Below are positions 13,481 to 25,619 of a stretch of 64,000 bases of DNA, piece after piece (position 1 is the first letter of the stretch; each line of letters opens with the position of its first letter). The position numbers and the translations under genes are program-made. The DNA is from Amoebophrya sp. A120 (taxonomy: Eukaryota; Protista; Dinoflagellata). The notes below the pieces were generated by a model. The model was not told the DNA's origin and made no database searches. It was given only the letters and a program-made list of their open reading frames with translations. The stretch is from the NCBI GenBank assembly GCA_905178155.1, contig CAJINV010000003.1, positions 2,499,065-2,563,064 on the forward strand, read 5' to 3'.

Positions 13481-14843
13481 GAAGAACACGTGTCGATTTT
13501 CGCATTATAACTACGTCCGACCAAATAAACTACTTTTCGAGCCTGTAGTGATCTTCATCTGTTTTGAATTAGTAGTAGACGTGCAAATCGCATCGACATT
13601 GCGACAAGAAATAAAAAGGAAAATAACTACTACTACAACAGCCTTCGCCGTTAGCGGGGTTCTGCGGGCAGGTCTTTCATGTGCTGCAGCAGCGGAGAAT
13701 GCACGAAGCCATCCGAGACATTGTTGCGGAAGAAATCATATGTTTTGTAAAAGTGGTGTACGTGTAGAATCCGATAAGAGTCCTTATAATTTTTGAAGGA
13801 AGCGATGTCTGTGGCGACATTTTGTACTCATGTGGCGACACAAAGTTGTTTCGCCGGAAGATGTCTTGAGGATATAAAAATGCCTCATTTTTGGAGCGCT
13901 ACGCACGACAGCACTTTTGCAAATGATAACTCAAGCACGGCGCGGGGTCAGCGAGTTCTGGAAGTGCTGGAAGTTCAGCGGTCCCACCGGTTTAAAGCCT
14001 TTGCATGGGATAAGTTCGTGACCGGCGAAACAACTGGATCTTTCCGGGCGGTGTCAGCGCAGCAGCTCTCTGAAACTACGGGAAGACGAACTGCACCACA
14101 TGAAGAAAACGCCGACGCGGGTCCTGGAGGGCGGATCCAGTTCTTGCCTACTTTTTGTTTTTTCCAATGCGCGTTCCTGTCGCGCATTTTGCGCTCTTGC
14201 GAATGAGCAGGATGCTGTTGTATTTTGCAAAAGAAGCATACTACAGTCATGAATCGCAGTAGAAGTGATGCGCGAGCGCGTTTATTGCCACGTTAGTTTC
14301 TTCCAACATTTCTGGCACTGAAATACCTTCGAAGTTAGAGCCAACGGCTCACGATTTGAGAACTTCGTTCTTTGAACTGCGAAAGCGCAACTTCGACCTT
14401 TGCGCTCTGGTCGCAGTGGGTTCATATCCGTAGAATTGTGTCACCCGCAGAAACACTGCGACAGCGCAATTACACTGTTTCCCGGGCTTTCAGCTGCACC
14501 TCATTCTGAATGTACGAGGAGTTTCTGATTTGGCAGCCAGCGCAGAGCGACTAGCCCGTCTGCCCCGTGGTCTGCTTGTCTTCCCTGGTTCGCAGCCGAG
14601 TGAGACGAACGTGCAGAAAGTGCAGCAGACAGAGCGGTTGAACATAGAGAGATGGAATATATCGGTTCAAACGTTTAGAATCTAAACACCAAAAAAGATC
14701 GAAGACGATAACGAAATGAAAAGAAAATTATGAAATATGTTGAATGCATTTGCAAGCGGTTGATCGTTTGACAGGGGCAGCGCACTAGATAGTGGAGTCG
14801 GTGATGCTGATATAACACCACCTTCGTCTCGAAAAGGATCAAG

Positions 14844-16879
14844 ATGGATGGCATTCACCAGGTTGAGACCGTGTCCTCTGTGGCGACCTTAGGACCCATC
14901 CTTCGGGAGCCGACTGTGGTGAATCAGCCCACGGAAGTGGATCGACGGGAGGAGTTGCTGGCGCGCCGGGTAACCGAGGGTCCACCCGGAGCGGGCGCAC
15001 AGGTCATTGCGCGCACCGTGAATCCCAGCGCTGCAGACGTGTATGCCGGTGCGGTACCTGCAGCTTCAAATGGCGCGGCGGGTAGCACGACTTCTTGAAG
15101 TTGTACCTGAGCTGATTCATGATCAGGGTCCTTGCCGAGGGCAGTTCCTATCAAATTTGTTCGGTTTTGTGTCTGTGACCGAACTTGATTTTGTTGGACA
15201 ACGACAGACAGTTACTCGCAGGCCATGAGAGGCGAGCAAAGGGTTGATTTTGTTGGACAACGAACAATAGAGGAGCAACGGATTGCGCCATAATGAAACT
15301 ACGTACAGACGCTCTGGCAACTGCATACTGAAAATGGATGTACTTCTTGAGAGAGGACTTCTCCGTGAAATTGAAATTCAAAATTCAAAACAAGGTCTAG
15401 CTTTCACGGACGCTGATGCAGAGCGGCAAGACCTTTTGTTGCGCATACACAGCCAGGATGCGCGCATTTTGGAACTGAGACGACGGTGCAAGGCAGAGCG
15501 TGAGCAAAAGTCTAGAACGCTAGACGAGCTCAGGAAGCGCATGCTCGCGCTGGAAAGCATTGTGGTAAAGAACGCTACATGACACTTTGTTTGACTGTAT
15601 TTTAATCATGCTAATTATCGCATAAGTCGAGAAAATAAAAAAGCGCAAAATTTGCTTTTGGTTTTGGCATCAACATCACGTCTTTGCTCGTTATCGTGCC
15701 TTCCGTGGTCAGCCGGGCAATCTAAATCAACACAGCTTGCCAGCAGGCTGGTACCCGTGAACGAGCCTCCAGCGCAGAAGGCCCCAACAGGCGGAAAAGA
15801 TCTTTTTCTGGAGCGAAAGACGACGCAAAAGTATACAGCTTTTCTGGACTTCCATCGCCTTGGCCTCCTGAAAATACCGCATTAAAACTTTTGTCTTGGA
15901 AACTTTCCGGTTTACAAGCTGTGCCGTTGAGTTTGCATAACTATTGCTATTCATCCGAGACCGGTGAAGTGCTTAAATGCTAGAAGTATCTTTTGCCCAT
16001 TTATTACACAGAATACCGGTGGGAACGCGACCAGCGGGTGGGACTGCGAGTGCGCCGGCGCAAGAAGGGATGCAGCAGCCCCTGACAAAAACGACAGATT
16101 TTTTCGGGCGACCCCTCGGGCCGAAGAGCGCAAATACCCGAAATATCGGCACCATGGCAAACGACTACAGCGTATCGAATGCAAAAATGTCTGGGTCTGG
16201 AAGAATGCAAGTTTGTGATGCTTGTCTGGCATGACTCGAGAATCTGTGTTGCATAGGCACGAAAGAGCCCTCTTAACTGTCATGCGAAAAGGCAGTTTGC
16301 CATGCGGAATACGTAAGACATGGCAGCCACAAAATTTGTCATGCATAGCTGCGTATTGCGGCGCGTCTATCATTCACTTTGAGCATTACAAGTTTCCAGA
16401 CCCAGACATATTTGCGATCCATACAGCGCGGCGCCGGACGGTCGCGGAGGCACGGTGTACATCCGCACGCCACGCGGGGAGGGTGCTGCAGGAAGAGCAT
16501 AGAAATAATTCAGCGGATCATGTGGACCAACAGCGAAACGCCGCGACCACAGCTGCGAAGCGTTTTGTGCGGAAGCATAGCACGACCCGGTGCGGGGCTT
16601 TTAGTTTTACATACAACTTGTGGCTCGCGTCCTCTCGCCCGCGTCGTATGACCCGGAGCGATGGAGCGCAGGCGCACTCGCCGTTCGCCGAACCAAGCGC
16701 GAGTTGTGCTGTACGTATGGAATGCATTTCCACTGCGCACCTACATTGATAACGGTTTCGAAGAAGAAAAATTCGACCACTTGATAGAGAAAGAGACCAA
16801 ACGCAACGTTTTTGTTTTCCCAGGCGGCAGCACAAGCACTCCGGGGGCAATGGATGGTCCGCCCATCGGTGCCTTGTAG
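14844..16879 (+). CDS. probable multi-exon hypothetical gene(s)
   Basis: Coding-like pieces 14844-15098, 15283-15582 (coiled-coil) and ~16010-16590 across a TIR element. Exon structure not resolved. Confidence 0.3.
16173..16423. mobile_element. TIR introner-like element, family A
   Basis: TATCGAATGCAAAAATGTCTGGGTCTGGAA...TTCCAGACCCAGACATATTTGCGATCCATA; DR CAGCG/CAGCG. Confidence 0.9.
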
Positions 16880-17610
16880 GAGCTTCATCTTCACTGTCAC
16901 CACTCATTGAACAGCAGCTTCGCAAGAGAGCTCTATTCAACATTCCACACGCCACTGATCCAACTTTTTCCGTGTTCCGGCATGTACGCTAGAGGAACTT
17001 TCTCATGACAAGGATCTCTTTCACGAATACATCATACAGTTTTACAGAGTACTCCCTCAAGATGATGTCAGACAAAGTACTCCTGTTCCATTTCCATCTG
17101 CGAAGTGCATGTATTTGTTCAGATCTTCGAGCTTCGATGACAGTGTGAAGAAACGAAAAAAAGAAGGAGGATCTTCCGATGGAGCAGTAGAGTTATGACC
17201 GGCTAATAATTTGGATCAACTCTACAACTTTGTTTCCGAGCTAGAATAGCGCTAGATTGTAGTTCCAGACGAATATTAGTTACTTTATTCAATGCGATTG
17301 TACTAAATGAAGTTTTCACTGAATTTTACCGAAATTTTAATTTCTCGCAGCGGAAAATAAAGCAGAATAGCATTGAGGGCTACGTGTAGTCGCTACCGAA
17401 ATCAGGTAGGACACATTACTGGCTAGCGATAGTGCGTGGACACAACCAAGGATTGTGCCACGAAGGTCTACTGGTATAATCGCAAATCGATGGGAGGACG
17501 AAACTTCTTCTAATTTGAGGCATGCATCACTGCGCGACCACTAAAACTCACCATTACAACAACCTAACTGCGCCACCGCGAAATAGTTAGACTGAAACAC
17601 CAGCGACAAA

Positions 17611-20600
17611 ATGTTTGCCGGACTTTTCGGAGGAAAGGATAAGGCTTCCAAGGAAGCGCCGAAGCCGGAGGTGAATGGGAAGGGAGGCAGCCCCAAGCCG
17701 GAAGCCGCCAGCCCGAAGCCGGAGAAAGCCGCGAGTCCGAAGTCCAGTCCAAAATCTAGTCCGAAAACTGGAGCAAGCCCCAAGGCGAGCCCGAAGGCCG
17801 ATCCAAAACCGGCGCCTGAAAAAGCTGCTGACAAACCGAAAAAGAAGCTTGATATCTCCGTATTTATCTAACGATCTGGTGGAAATCGAAATGTTAATGT
17901 TTTTCATAGCAAAAAGAAAAAACATGCAAAGAATGGACCTTTGTTGATGCCGATAAAAGAAGGTCAAGAGTATAAATTCGTTGAAAAATAACGGAATTAC
18001 CCTTTGTCGTTTGAGAATGATCTCGTCCACGAGGTGTAGAATATGTTTCTACATGATTGATTTGTTGTTTCAGGGCCCACGTGTCTTCGGCGAATGGGAG
18101 GCTACCTATTTGGAGAAGCTCGGCGAGACCGTTGTTTACAATGGGGGCAAGATTCTGCAGCTGGGTTTCGCGAAAGAGTACAGACTACTACTTGCGTATC
18201 TGCATTTTTGTTGTGCTTGCACTTCTTGCTCTACTTACTTAGTCCGCTCGAGTATGAAGAATATGCACCGGGAGCAGGCTGTCTGTCGCAAATTTCGCAT
18301 GCCTTGAGGCATGCTTACTTAGTTTTTTCCTGCGGAGAGGACGATGCGCATGCGTAATCGATCCCGGTTGTTGTTTTGTGTTTGGAACGGTTTTTATCGA
18401 TGCATTTTTATGCTTCCCTACATACAGCACTTTTGGCGATTTGGCAGCGAAGCACGAGAAGGTCACGGAACATGCTATTTGGACCGATTTGTCGAAGATC
18501 GACACTTTGGAGGACGGGTCTCTGACCGGGCTAGTTTTCGAAGCCACTGCATTTCCAGTCATTGAAACGGTGGAAAAGTTCGTTCCGAAGGTAAGTACTA
18601 CTAAAGGCGTGTACTTTGTATAGTTTTATGCTGTTTAGTTCCTTTTCGTTTTCCTCGCTCATCGGCGGCACACGAGAACCGGGTGCGTGGCGCCTCATCT
18701 GTATCGCACGATGGGTAGAAGCAAGTTGTAGACCTTCACACACTTCTTGCAGATGTAATTCAGTATGTTCGCAGGCATGTTTTTTTATCCGCACATACTT
18801 ACATGGTCATGAAATAAAATTAAAATGAAATCCATAACAGTTGGCTGCAAACGCTACGGTAACGTTTGACAATCTGCGAGTTTTGGGTGAGATGAAACAA
18901 GAGTTCAAGCGGTGGGACGCCTTGTGGAAGAGAACGCAGGTAGTCATTTTTTATTCCCTGTCACGAATGCATATACTTTTACTTTTAGTTTTACGTACAC
19001 GCACTGGCACAACTCAAGCTCATGCCCTCCTGTGTGCTGCAGGATTTTTGTGCAGTAGTACCTATTCGTTGTGATTGGTTTTCGTGATGGTTTGTGATTA
19101 AAGAACAACGAGGAATATTAAGAAGGCATAAGCATGTTGATCGGCTGTGTCTACTTCCTATGGACGTCGTGCGTCAAGCGTGAAGATCGATGCTGGCTGA
19201 GCGTAGCTTATATCTCATTTTGTTTTCATTTCTCGCTTCAGGTTCCGAAGTTGCGGCAAGCGGGTCTGTTAGACCGTGGCTTTAAGCTGGTTCCCGTGAC
19301 GGTACCGGAAGAGTGCAAATACTACGAGGACAGCTACGTGATTGTGCCGCGGCTGATCAAGAAGTCGCTCCGAACCGTGAAGTTTTTCGAGATCAGCAAG
19401 TTGAACCCGGACTCCACCGCGTTTTCGCTTAAAGTGAAGGTCGTATCGGTAGCAGAGGACGGAAAGTCTTCCGTGATTGGCGACACCACGGGGACCTGCG
19501 TCTACGAAATCCACGAGTCCAACAAGGAAACCGTCACAGTGGGCGAAACTTTGGAATTGCGAAATGCAATGGTAAGTATTAGAGATTCGAGATATTTGTT
19601 TGCTTTTCACCCCATAGGACGATTAGTTGCCCGTAGTTGTTAACTTTCCTTTGTCTCACTGCAGTTCGGTGCAAGTCAACGTCATGGTCAATTATCATCG
19701 TCCCGAAAAAATAAAACAACACACGACTTTCACTTTCCTTCATTCTCTTCGCAGGTCCGCATGACAAAGGACGGACACATTCACGTGTACACGAACAAGT
19801 GGGGTAAGGTTGCAGCGGCCGACGAGAAGCTTGAGGGCGAAGTGAAGTCGGAGAACGACGTGTCAAAAGCCAAGTACGTGTTTGAGCCCCCAGCCCGGGA
19901 GAAGAAGGGTAAGGGAAAGAAGGACGAGAAAAAAACCAAATCCAAGAGCCCCGCGGGAAAGAAGGACAAGACGGAACCGAAGTCGGAGGAGAAGAGTTCC
20001 GCTGAAGACAAGAAGACTTCCAAGAAGGCAAAGGGCAAGAAGGGCAAAAAGGACAAGAAGGAAACCGCAGCGGCGGAGAAGCCCGCCGAGGAAAGCACCA
20101 CTACTTCCAAGAAGAAAAAGGGCGAAGGCAAGAAGAAAGAAAAGGAGGAAAAACCTAGTAAGGCGGCGGAGAAGACGGAGGAGAAGACGGAGGGTGCGAC
20201 GCCGAAAAAGTCCCGCAAGGACCGCAAGGCCGAAGGGAAGAAAAAAAAGAAGGAAGAAGTATCAAATGTAAAAATGTCTGGGTCTGGAAGAATGCGCGAT
20301 TTGTCATGCAGCTTTTCCATGACCCATGAGGTCTGGAATGCAGGACCTAGCATGACAGATTCTGTGCGACATCTCTCATGCGCATCCTGCATGAGAAACT
20401 GCATCTCGGTTAGGTCAAAAGTGGACAGCTTTTGGCACTCATGCAACACAGATTTTTGCATGCTTCAGATTTAGCATGACAAGTTGCATTCTTCCAGACC
20501 CAGACATTTTTACATTTGATAAGAAGCGGCTGAGTCCAAAAAGGCGGAAGAGAAGAAGAAGGTTGTAGAGGAGGAGAAGCCCGCAAAAAAGAAGGGGAAG

Positions 20601-23120
20601 GGGAAGAGCAAGGACCGTAAGAGTTCGCCCGCAGAAAAGAAGAAAGAAGTAGAGAAGCCAGCGAAAAAGGAAGAGGAGGGCAAGCGCGGAAAGAGCAAAA
20701 AAGGTACTTACTCCTATTTTTTTATGTTCGATGAACATGATTTCGTCAAATTCTAAATCTGATATACAATAGAAGAAAGAGTAGTCTTGTAGTGATGTGG
20801 TCCTCCCACCGAGAAATTGACATGAAAGCGTTGGATCCCAACTTGTTTTTGTTTAGGTAAGGGCAAGCGCAGCTCGGAGACTTCTGACGACGCGCCAGCT
20901 CGGGGACGCTCCAAGGGCAAGGGAAAGAAGGACCGATCAGACTCGCCCAAGGGAAAAGGAAAGAAAGGTAACTCGGCTATGGTTGAAAAGATCTGATGAC
21001 TTCGAACATTCTATATGTTCATGATGAACTGGTGCGACCTACAACTGGCACCAACTTTTGTGCGAAAGGAAGTCCCACCCCACTGGCAGTGAAAGTGCCC
21101 GCGCGGATTGATATGTAAGGACTAGCTAGGAATAAATGATAAAAGGTTCTTGTATTCCACCCGAAAATTTTGATACAGGGAAGAAGAGCTCCTCAAAAGA
21201 CGATTATGATGGAAGCGACAGCAAGGGCAAGAAGGGCACGAAGGGAAAGGGCAAGGGAAAGGGCAAGCGCAGCAGCTCTGATGATTCGTTGCCCGGCAAA
21301 AAGGGAAAGAAGGACGGCAAGAAGGGAAAAGGCCGCAGGTACAACAATTAGCGCGTTTGGTTAGAGTTGTTCATATTTATGTAAAGTTTTACGCTGGAGC
21401 GGAAGATTTTATGCTGCAGTGGATGAACAGGTGATCGCTCAACTCCGAAAAAGCTGCACTTGCCGCCTTGATCCCAGTATACAAAAATTGTTTATTACCT
21501 ACCATGCTGCTGTTTGTATATTTTTAGGTACAGTGACAGCGATTCCTCGCCCGATAAGGGAAAGGGCAAGAAGGGCAAGAGCATGAAGCGTGGTGGTAAG
21601 TACGATAGCGATTCGTCGGACGACGACTACCGCAAGGGCGGCAAGAAGGGCGCAAAGAAGGGAAAGCCGGTATCTTGAGGAAAAATCTCCACTCCCTATA
21701 CTGAAAATGAAAAAGAAAATTTCCGATGCAGATTTTTCGTGGCCACGACAAATCAGCTTTGTCTTCTTGCAAGGAGGTAAGTCCAGAGGTGTAGTGCTTC
21801 CACCACCATGCGAACGATTTCTCATGCTGTTTGGCCTACAGGGCGGGCGTTTGCCATGCTAAAAAAGTAAAGAGCCCACCTAACGGCGCCCCTGCTACAC
21901 AAGCTACAGTGCCTCATTGCAAGACAGAGCTCACTATACTTGTGTACTCAAATCCGGAATCCAGGTCGTTTCATTGCGAAATCACCGAGAGCTAAAGACC
22001 GGGTTGTAGGCGCTTTAGTCATGATTTTATAGTGCTTCTACAGCGACGCTCATCAGGCCTTAGAAGACTTCCTTGTTTTCAATATGGGAGGGCGGGGGAT
22101 TTTTCATTCGCATAACCGGCGTACTACGACTCCGACTCGGATTCGGACTATGGGAAGGGAAAAAAGATGAAGGGAAAGAAGGTATCCTGAGTAAAAACGT
22201 CCCCACCCCATAGTTGTCATGCAGATTTGCAGTCACAGGAAGATGTGTAATGCGCATCCCCATGAGAGGTCTTTGCATTGGTGTTTTGGACTTTGTAATG
22301 CTGTACACAGTATGAGTAAATGGATTTGTGTTGCGGCTGTACTTGCTAAACTGTACTACAATACAGAGACTGGCAAGGATAAACATCTGTCTGTGCTTCC
22401 AATGCGCTGATGGACTGTGCTCTGCCAAATAGTGAAGTAATTTGGACTGCTCCAGTTCTGGTCCCGTTGCTGTATATTGTGCTCGGGTGCTGGGTGGAAA
22501 GGTCCAACAAATATGTTGGCGTGTGTGTGTGTGAGAAGAAAAAAGTTTGGAGTGCCAGGTCCGTTGGGCCCGGGGTGGCGGCGTCTTTGGGTTGATCAAC
22601 TCACCCGAAACACAATGCCATTCCCGCAGCAGCACAGTCTGTTTATGTCATGCGTGACTCCCAAAACTTCTCGACTTGTGTTGGGAGATCCCCATCTTGA
22701 CTGTGGCGTGGGGCCGTTTTTACAAATGATAGAAGGGCGACAAGAAGGGAAAGGGCAAACCGGCCTACTACGACGATAGTTCCTTATCGCACGAAAAAAC
22801 TGTTTCACTGTAAACTTGTAATGCAGAAAATGCATCTGAGAAGTGTTTGTCTTGCTACACATGCAAGACAGTAGATTTTTAGGCGTGTTTTCCCTTAGGA
22901 AGCTCGCATGGCAAATTTTCTCTGTGATGTAGAACAAACTTGTGATGCAAAACCTGCAAAATCCTTACAGTGAAACACTTTTTTGATACGATATTCCTCC
23001 GATGACGACTACTACAAGGGCGGCAAAAAGGGTAAGGGTAGTTCTTACGGCAAGAAGGGCAAGTACGAGGAAGACTACAAGGGCAGCAGCAAGAAAGGTT
23101 CGTATGGGAAAAAGTACTAA
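17611..23120 (+). CDS. fusion protein: degenerate guanidinoacetate-methyltransferase(GAMT)/Rmt2-like domain + SSB-like OB fold + Lys/Gly/Asp-rich tail
   Basis: GT-AG introns (e.g. 17860-18073, 18178-18427) plus 4 TIR introns. Spliced text: GEWEATYLEKLGE..GGKILQLGF..TLEDGSLTGLVFE..TFDNL..RTQVPKLRQAG..VPEECKYY (GAMT-like); LNPDSTAFSLKVKVV..IGDTTG..LELRNAMVRM..VYTNKWGKV (OB fold); KGKGK/YDSDS repeats to the stop at 23120. Confidence 0.75.
20260..20521. mobile_element. TIR introner-like element, family A
   Basis: Perfect ~36-bp TIR TATCAAATGTAAAAATGTCTGGGTCTGGAAGAATGC; DR AGAAG/AGAAG; joins KKEE|AAESKK. Confidence 0.95.
21671..22114. mobile_element. TIR introner-like element, family D
   Basis: TATCTTGAGGAAAAATCTCCACTCCCTATACTGAAAA...TTTTCAATATGGGAGGGCGGGGGATTTTTCATTCGCATA; DR GCCGG/ACCGG; joins KGKP|AYYDSD. 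Confidence 0.85.
22183..22731. mobile_element. TIR introner-like element, family B (long copy, inverted relative to 12589)
   Basis: TATCCTGAGTAAAAACGTCCCCAC...GTGGGGCCGTTTTTACAAATGATA; DR GAAGG/GAAGG; joins GKK|GDKKG. Confidence 0.85.
22785..22993. mobile_element. TIR introner-like element, family C
   Basis: TATCGCACGAAAAAACTGTTTCACTGTAA...TTACAGTGAAACACTTTTTTGATACGATA; DR TTCCT/TTCCT; joins DDSS|SDDDYY. Confidence 0.9.
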
Positions 23121-25619
23121 GGAATAGAAGTACTTTATACTACTCTACGGCCGAACTTGCTCGATCAGTGAGACTGACGGGGAACAAGGAAGACTCTGTC
23201 TGTAGTAGTTGCACGGGTAGAAGAAGTTATCGACGAAAAACGAAGATTCAAATAAGTATCCAAACGAAAAAATTGCTGTAATCGAAACAAAGTTGACACG
23301 TACATGGTCTTGGTCGTGGACGAGCGGAGTGTTGTCGCTGGTAAGAAAGAATGCAGCCTCGTCGCACGACCATGCGGATTCATCCGCATGACAGACGACT
23401 ACCTAGCCGCTCGTCGGGTAGAAGTTGGATGTAAAAGTGTGGTGAAAATAGATGCAACCAAAAAATAGAGTACATCCGAGTCTACTTCACCACGTTGGTA
23501 CTAGGATAGCAACTACCTTTTGCAGAAAAACGCTTTGCTCAAGAAATGGTTGTTGAAAAAGATAACTTACTGCGGATCTTCCGCGCTCGCCCCAAGAATT
23601 ATTGCGACGCATAGGTCGTGCTACAGGAAGACAGCGCGTCTCTCTGGCACGTCGAAGCCTTTCGGCAATAGCGATCATTTAGGCGAACAAGTTGGTCACT
23701 CACTTTTGGTAAGCATCCACACGAACATTTATCATGCGACCAACTCGCGATCTTTTGCTCCCGATGCAAGAGGATATCTATGCTCTTCGACTACGCAACA
23801 GCGTTTTCTGACGATACTTGTTTCCCTCTGTATGAGAGCGAAAATGGCTATTTTTTTACAAACAAACAAGCAAAAAACCTTTGATCACATTTTTTTGGCA
23901 TTTTTTTGACGAAACAACGGAACTCTGACTATCCTATCAATTTGGCAATGAACATCAACCATTGTAGCTGCTTCTACACGAGCATCCATAATACCAATTC
24001 ATCGGATGTGAATGTAAGTAGTTGACTCTCTTTTAGTGTTGTATCGCTCTTGACGACATAGAACTCTCTGGCCCAGTAGTTTCAGGACAAAGAGCGAAAA
24101 AAAAAATCGCTACCCCTGGCGGAATTACATGAAAATTTCTTCATCTTCTACACAGCAGGCACAGCTACCGGATCGTACACTGAGCCTGAAGACAAGCTTT
24201 TTTGGCGAGGCTTTGCAATATCATGGTCGTCATGGTGTGCGTTTGTAATATCCCAGCAAAATAAGATATCAAGTATTAATGACATTAGCTTCAGCTTCTT
24301 TTGGCGGTTATTCTTATTTCTCCGCGTCATTTCGAAGAAGAAGTACTGCGACCGGAGCATCAAGTTTGAACTTTAGTTTTACTAGAAATCCGAATTTTTA
24401 TTTCGTTTCACTTTCGCGGTCAACATCCTTATCTCCGATTTGAAATACAACTCAAGAGCGGCGCGGCTTTTGTTGCATCTATACTCGATATTATATTTGC
24501 GTCAGATCTACTTCTTGATCTGGTGGTGCTTCGTTCCAGCCGCAACCTGTGCTACTGTAAAAAATATTCTTTGCTCTAGTAAATTAAAGATTACGTCTTC
24601 ATCAGCGAAGATTCGATCAGGACTCCGGATCAAGAATTGCCTCAAACTACACACGACCAGAGAAGTTCGAAGCGCAGGACGACAATCTTCCCTACGATAG
24701 TTGTATTACACAAATGAACTACTACAAGTGCAATGAGTTGCAACCTACTACAACTGCAACTTTTCATGTCGCTCAAAGAATTGTTGTGTTTCACAGGGTG
24801 GCCGCCGCCGATGAAATGGAAAGAATGTTGTTGAAACCAGAGAAGGGCCCAAAACCAAAGCTGTCGCGGACATTTCTTTGTATAGTATTCAAAGGACGAG
24901 GCTGCACGTCAGGCGCTTGATTCCTTTGGCGGCCTTCGAAGAAGACCCTGAGCGACGACCGTGTTCCGGTTCATCCGCCCGTAGTTCCCGCTTTATCATC
25001 ATGCTTCTGCCATGGTTTGCCCCCCAGATGAATCGATCCGGTCTTCTATTCCCTGGTCGTTCTGCTCAGGATCCCTACAGTGAAGTGCGCAACACGTTTC
25101 AAGTTTCTCCCTGTGGATCATTTCTTTGTCCTTACAATGTGAATGTTTCCTTCTGCAATGTATCCGTAAAGGAAGATGCATTCGCATTCCGGATATAATT
25201 TAATTGCATGAAGTACGGCCGCGGCCACAGCATGGAAGATTGCTGCTGCTAAAACATGCAAGTTGGTGGCTGCGAGAAAAATGTTTAGGGAAAGCTTCTT
25301 GTGGTCGACTGGGATTATACAACTAGTTTCTTCAATCGTTGCTGTTGATGTGGATCGTCTGCGTTCTTGTTTGAACGGAACAATAAGAATAACCTTGAAA
25401 GTCGAAGTAGCCACCAGACAAAATACTTACCGTTCCTGTTAGCCGTCGTGATTTGCCATCCAGTGCCTACAACATCGACTCACCGCTACCGGAATCCGAC
25501 GACCCAGCACAGATTTAGAGAGCACATATTCGGACTGTGCCATTTGTTTCCGATCACTGGGGCGAATTGGAATTGCGCAGCCGATTTATTCCCCTCAAGA
25601 TTGATTCGGCACCGAGATC

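Noticed and set aside
15185-15263. 20-bp duplication TTGATTTTGTTGGACAACGA
   Set aside because: Local duplication without TIR or TSD structure.
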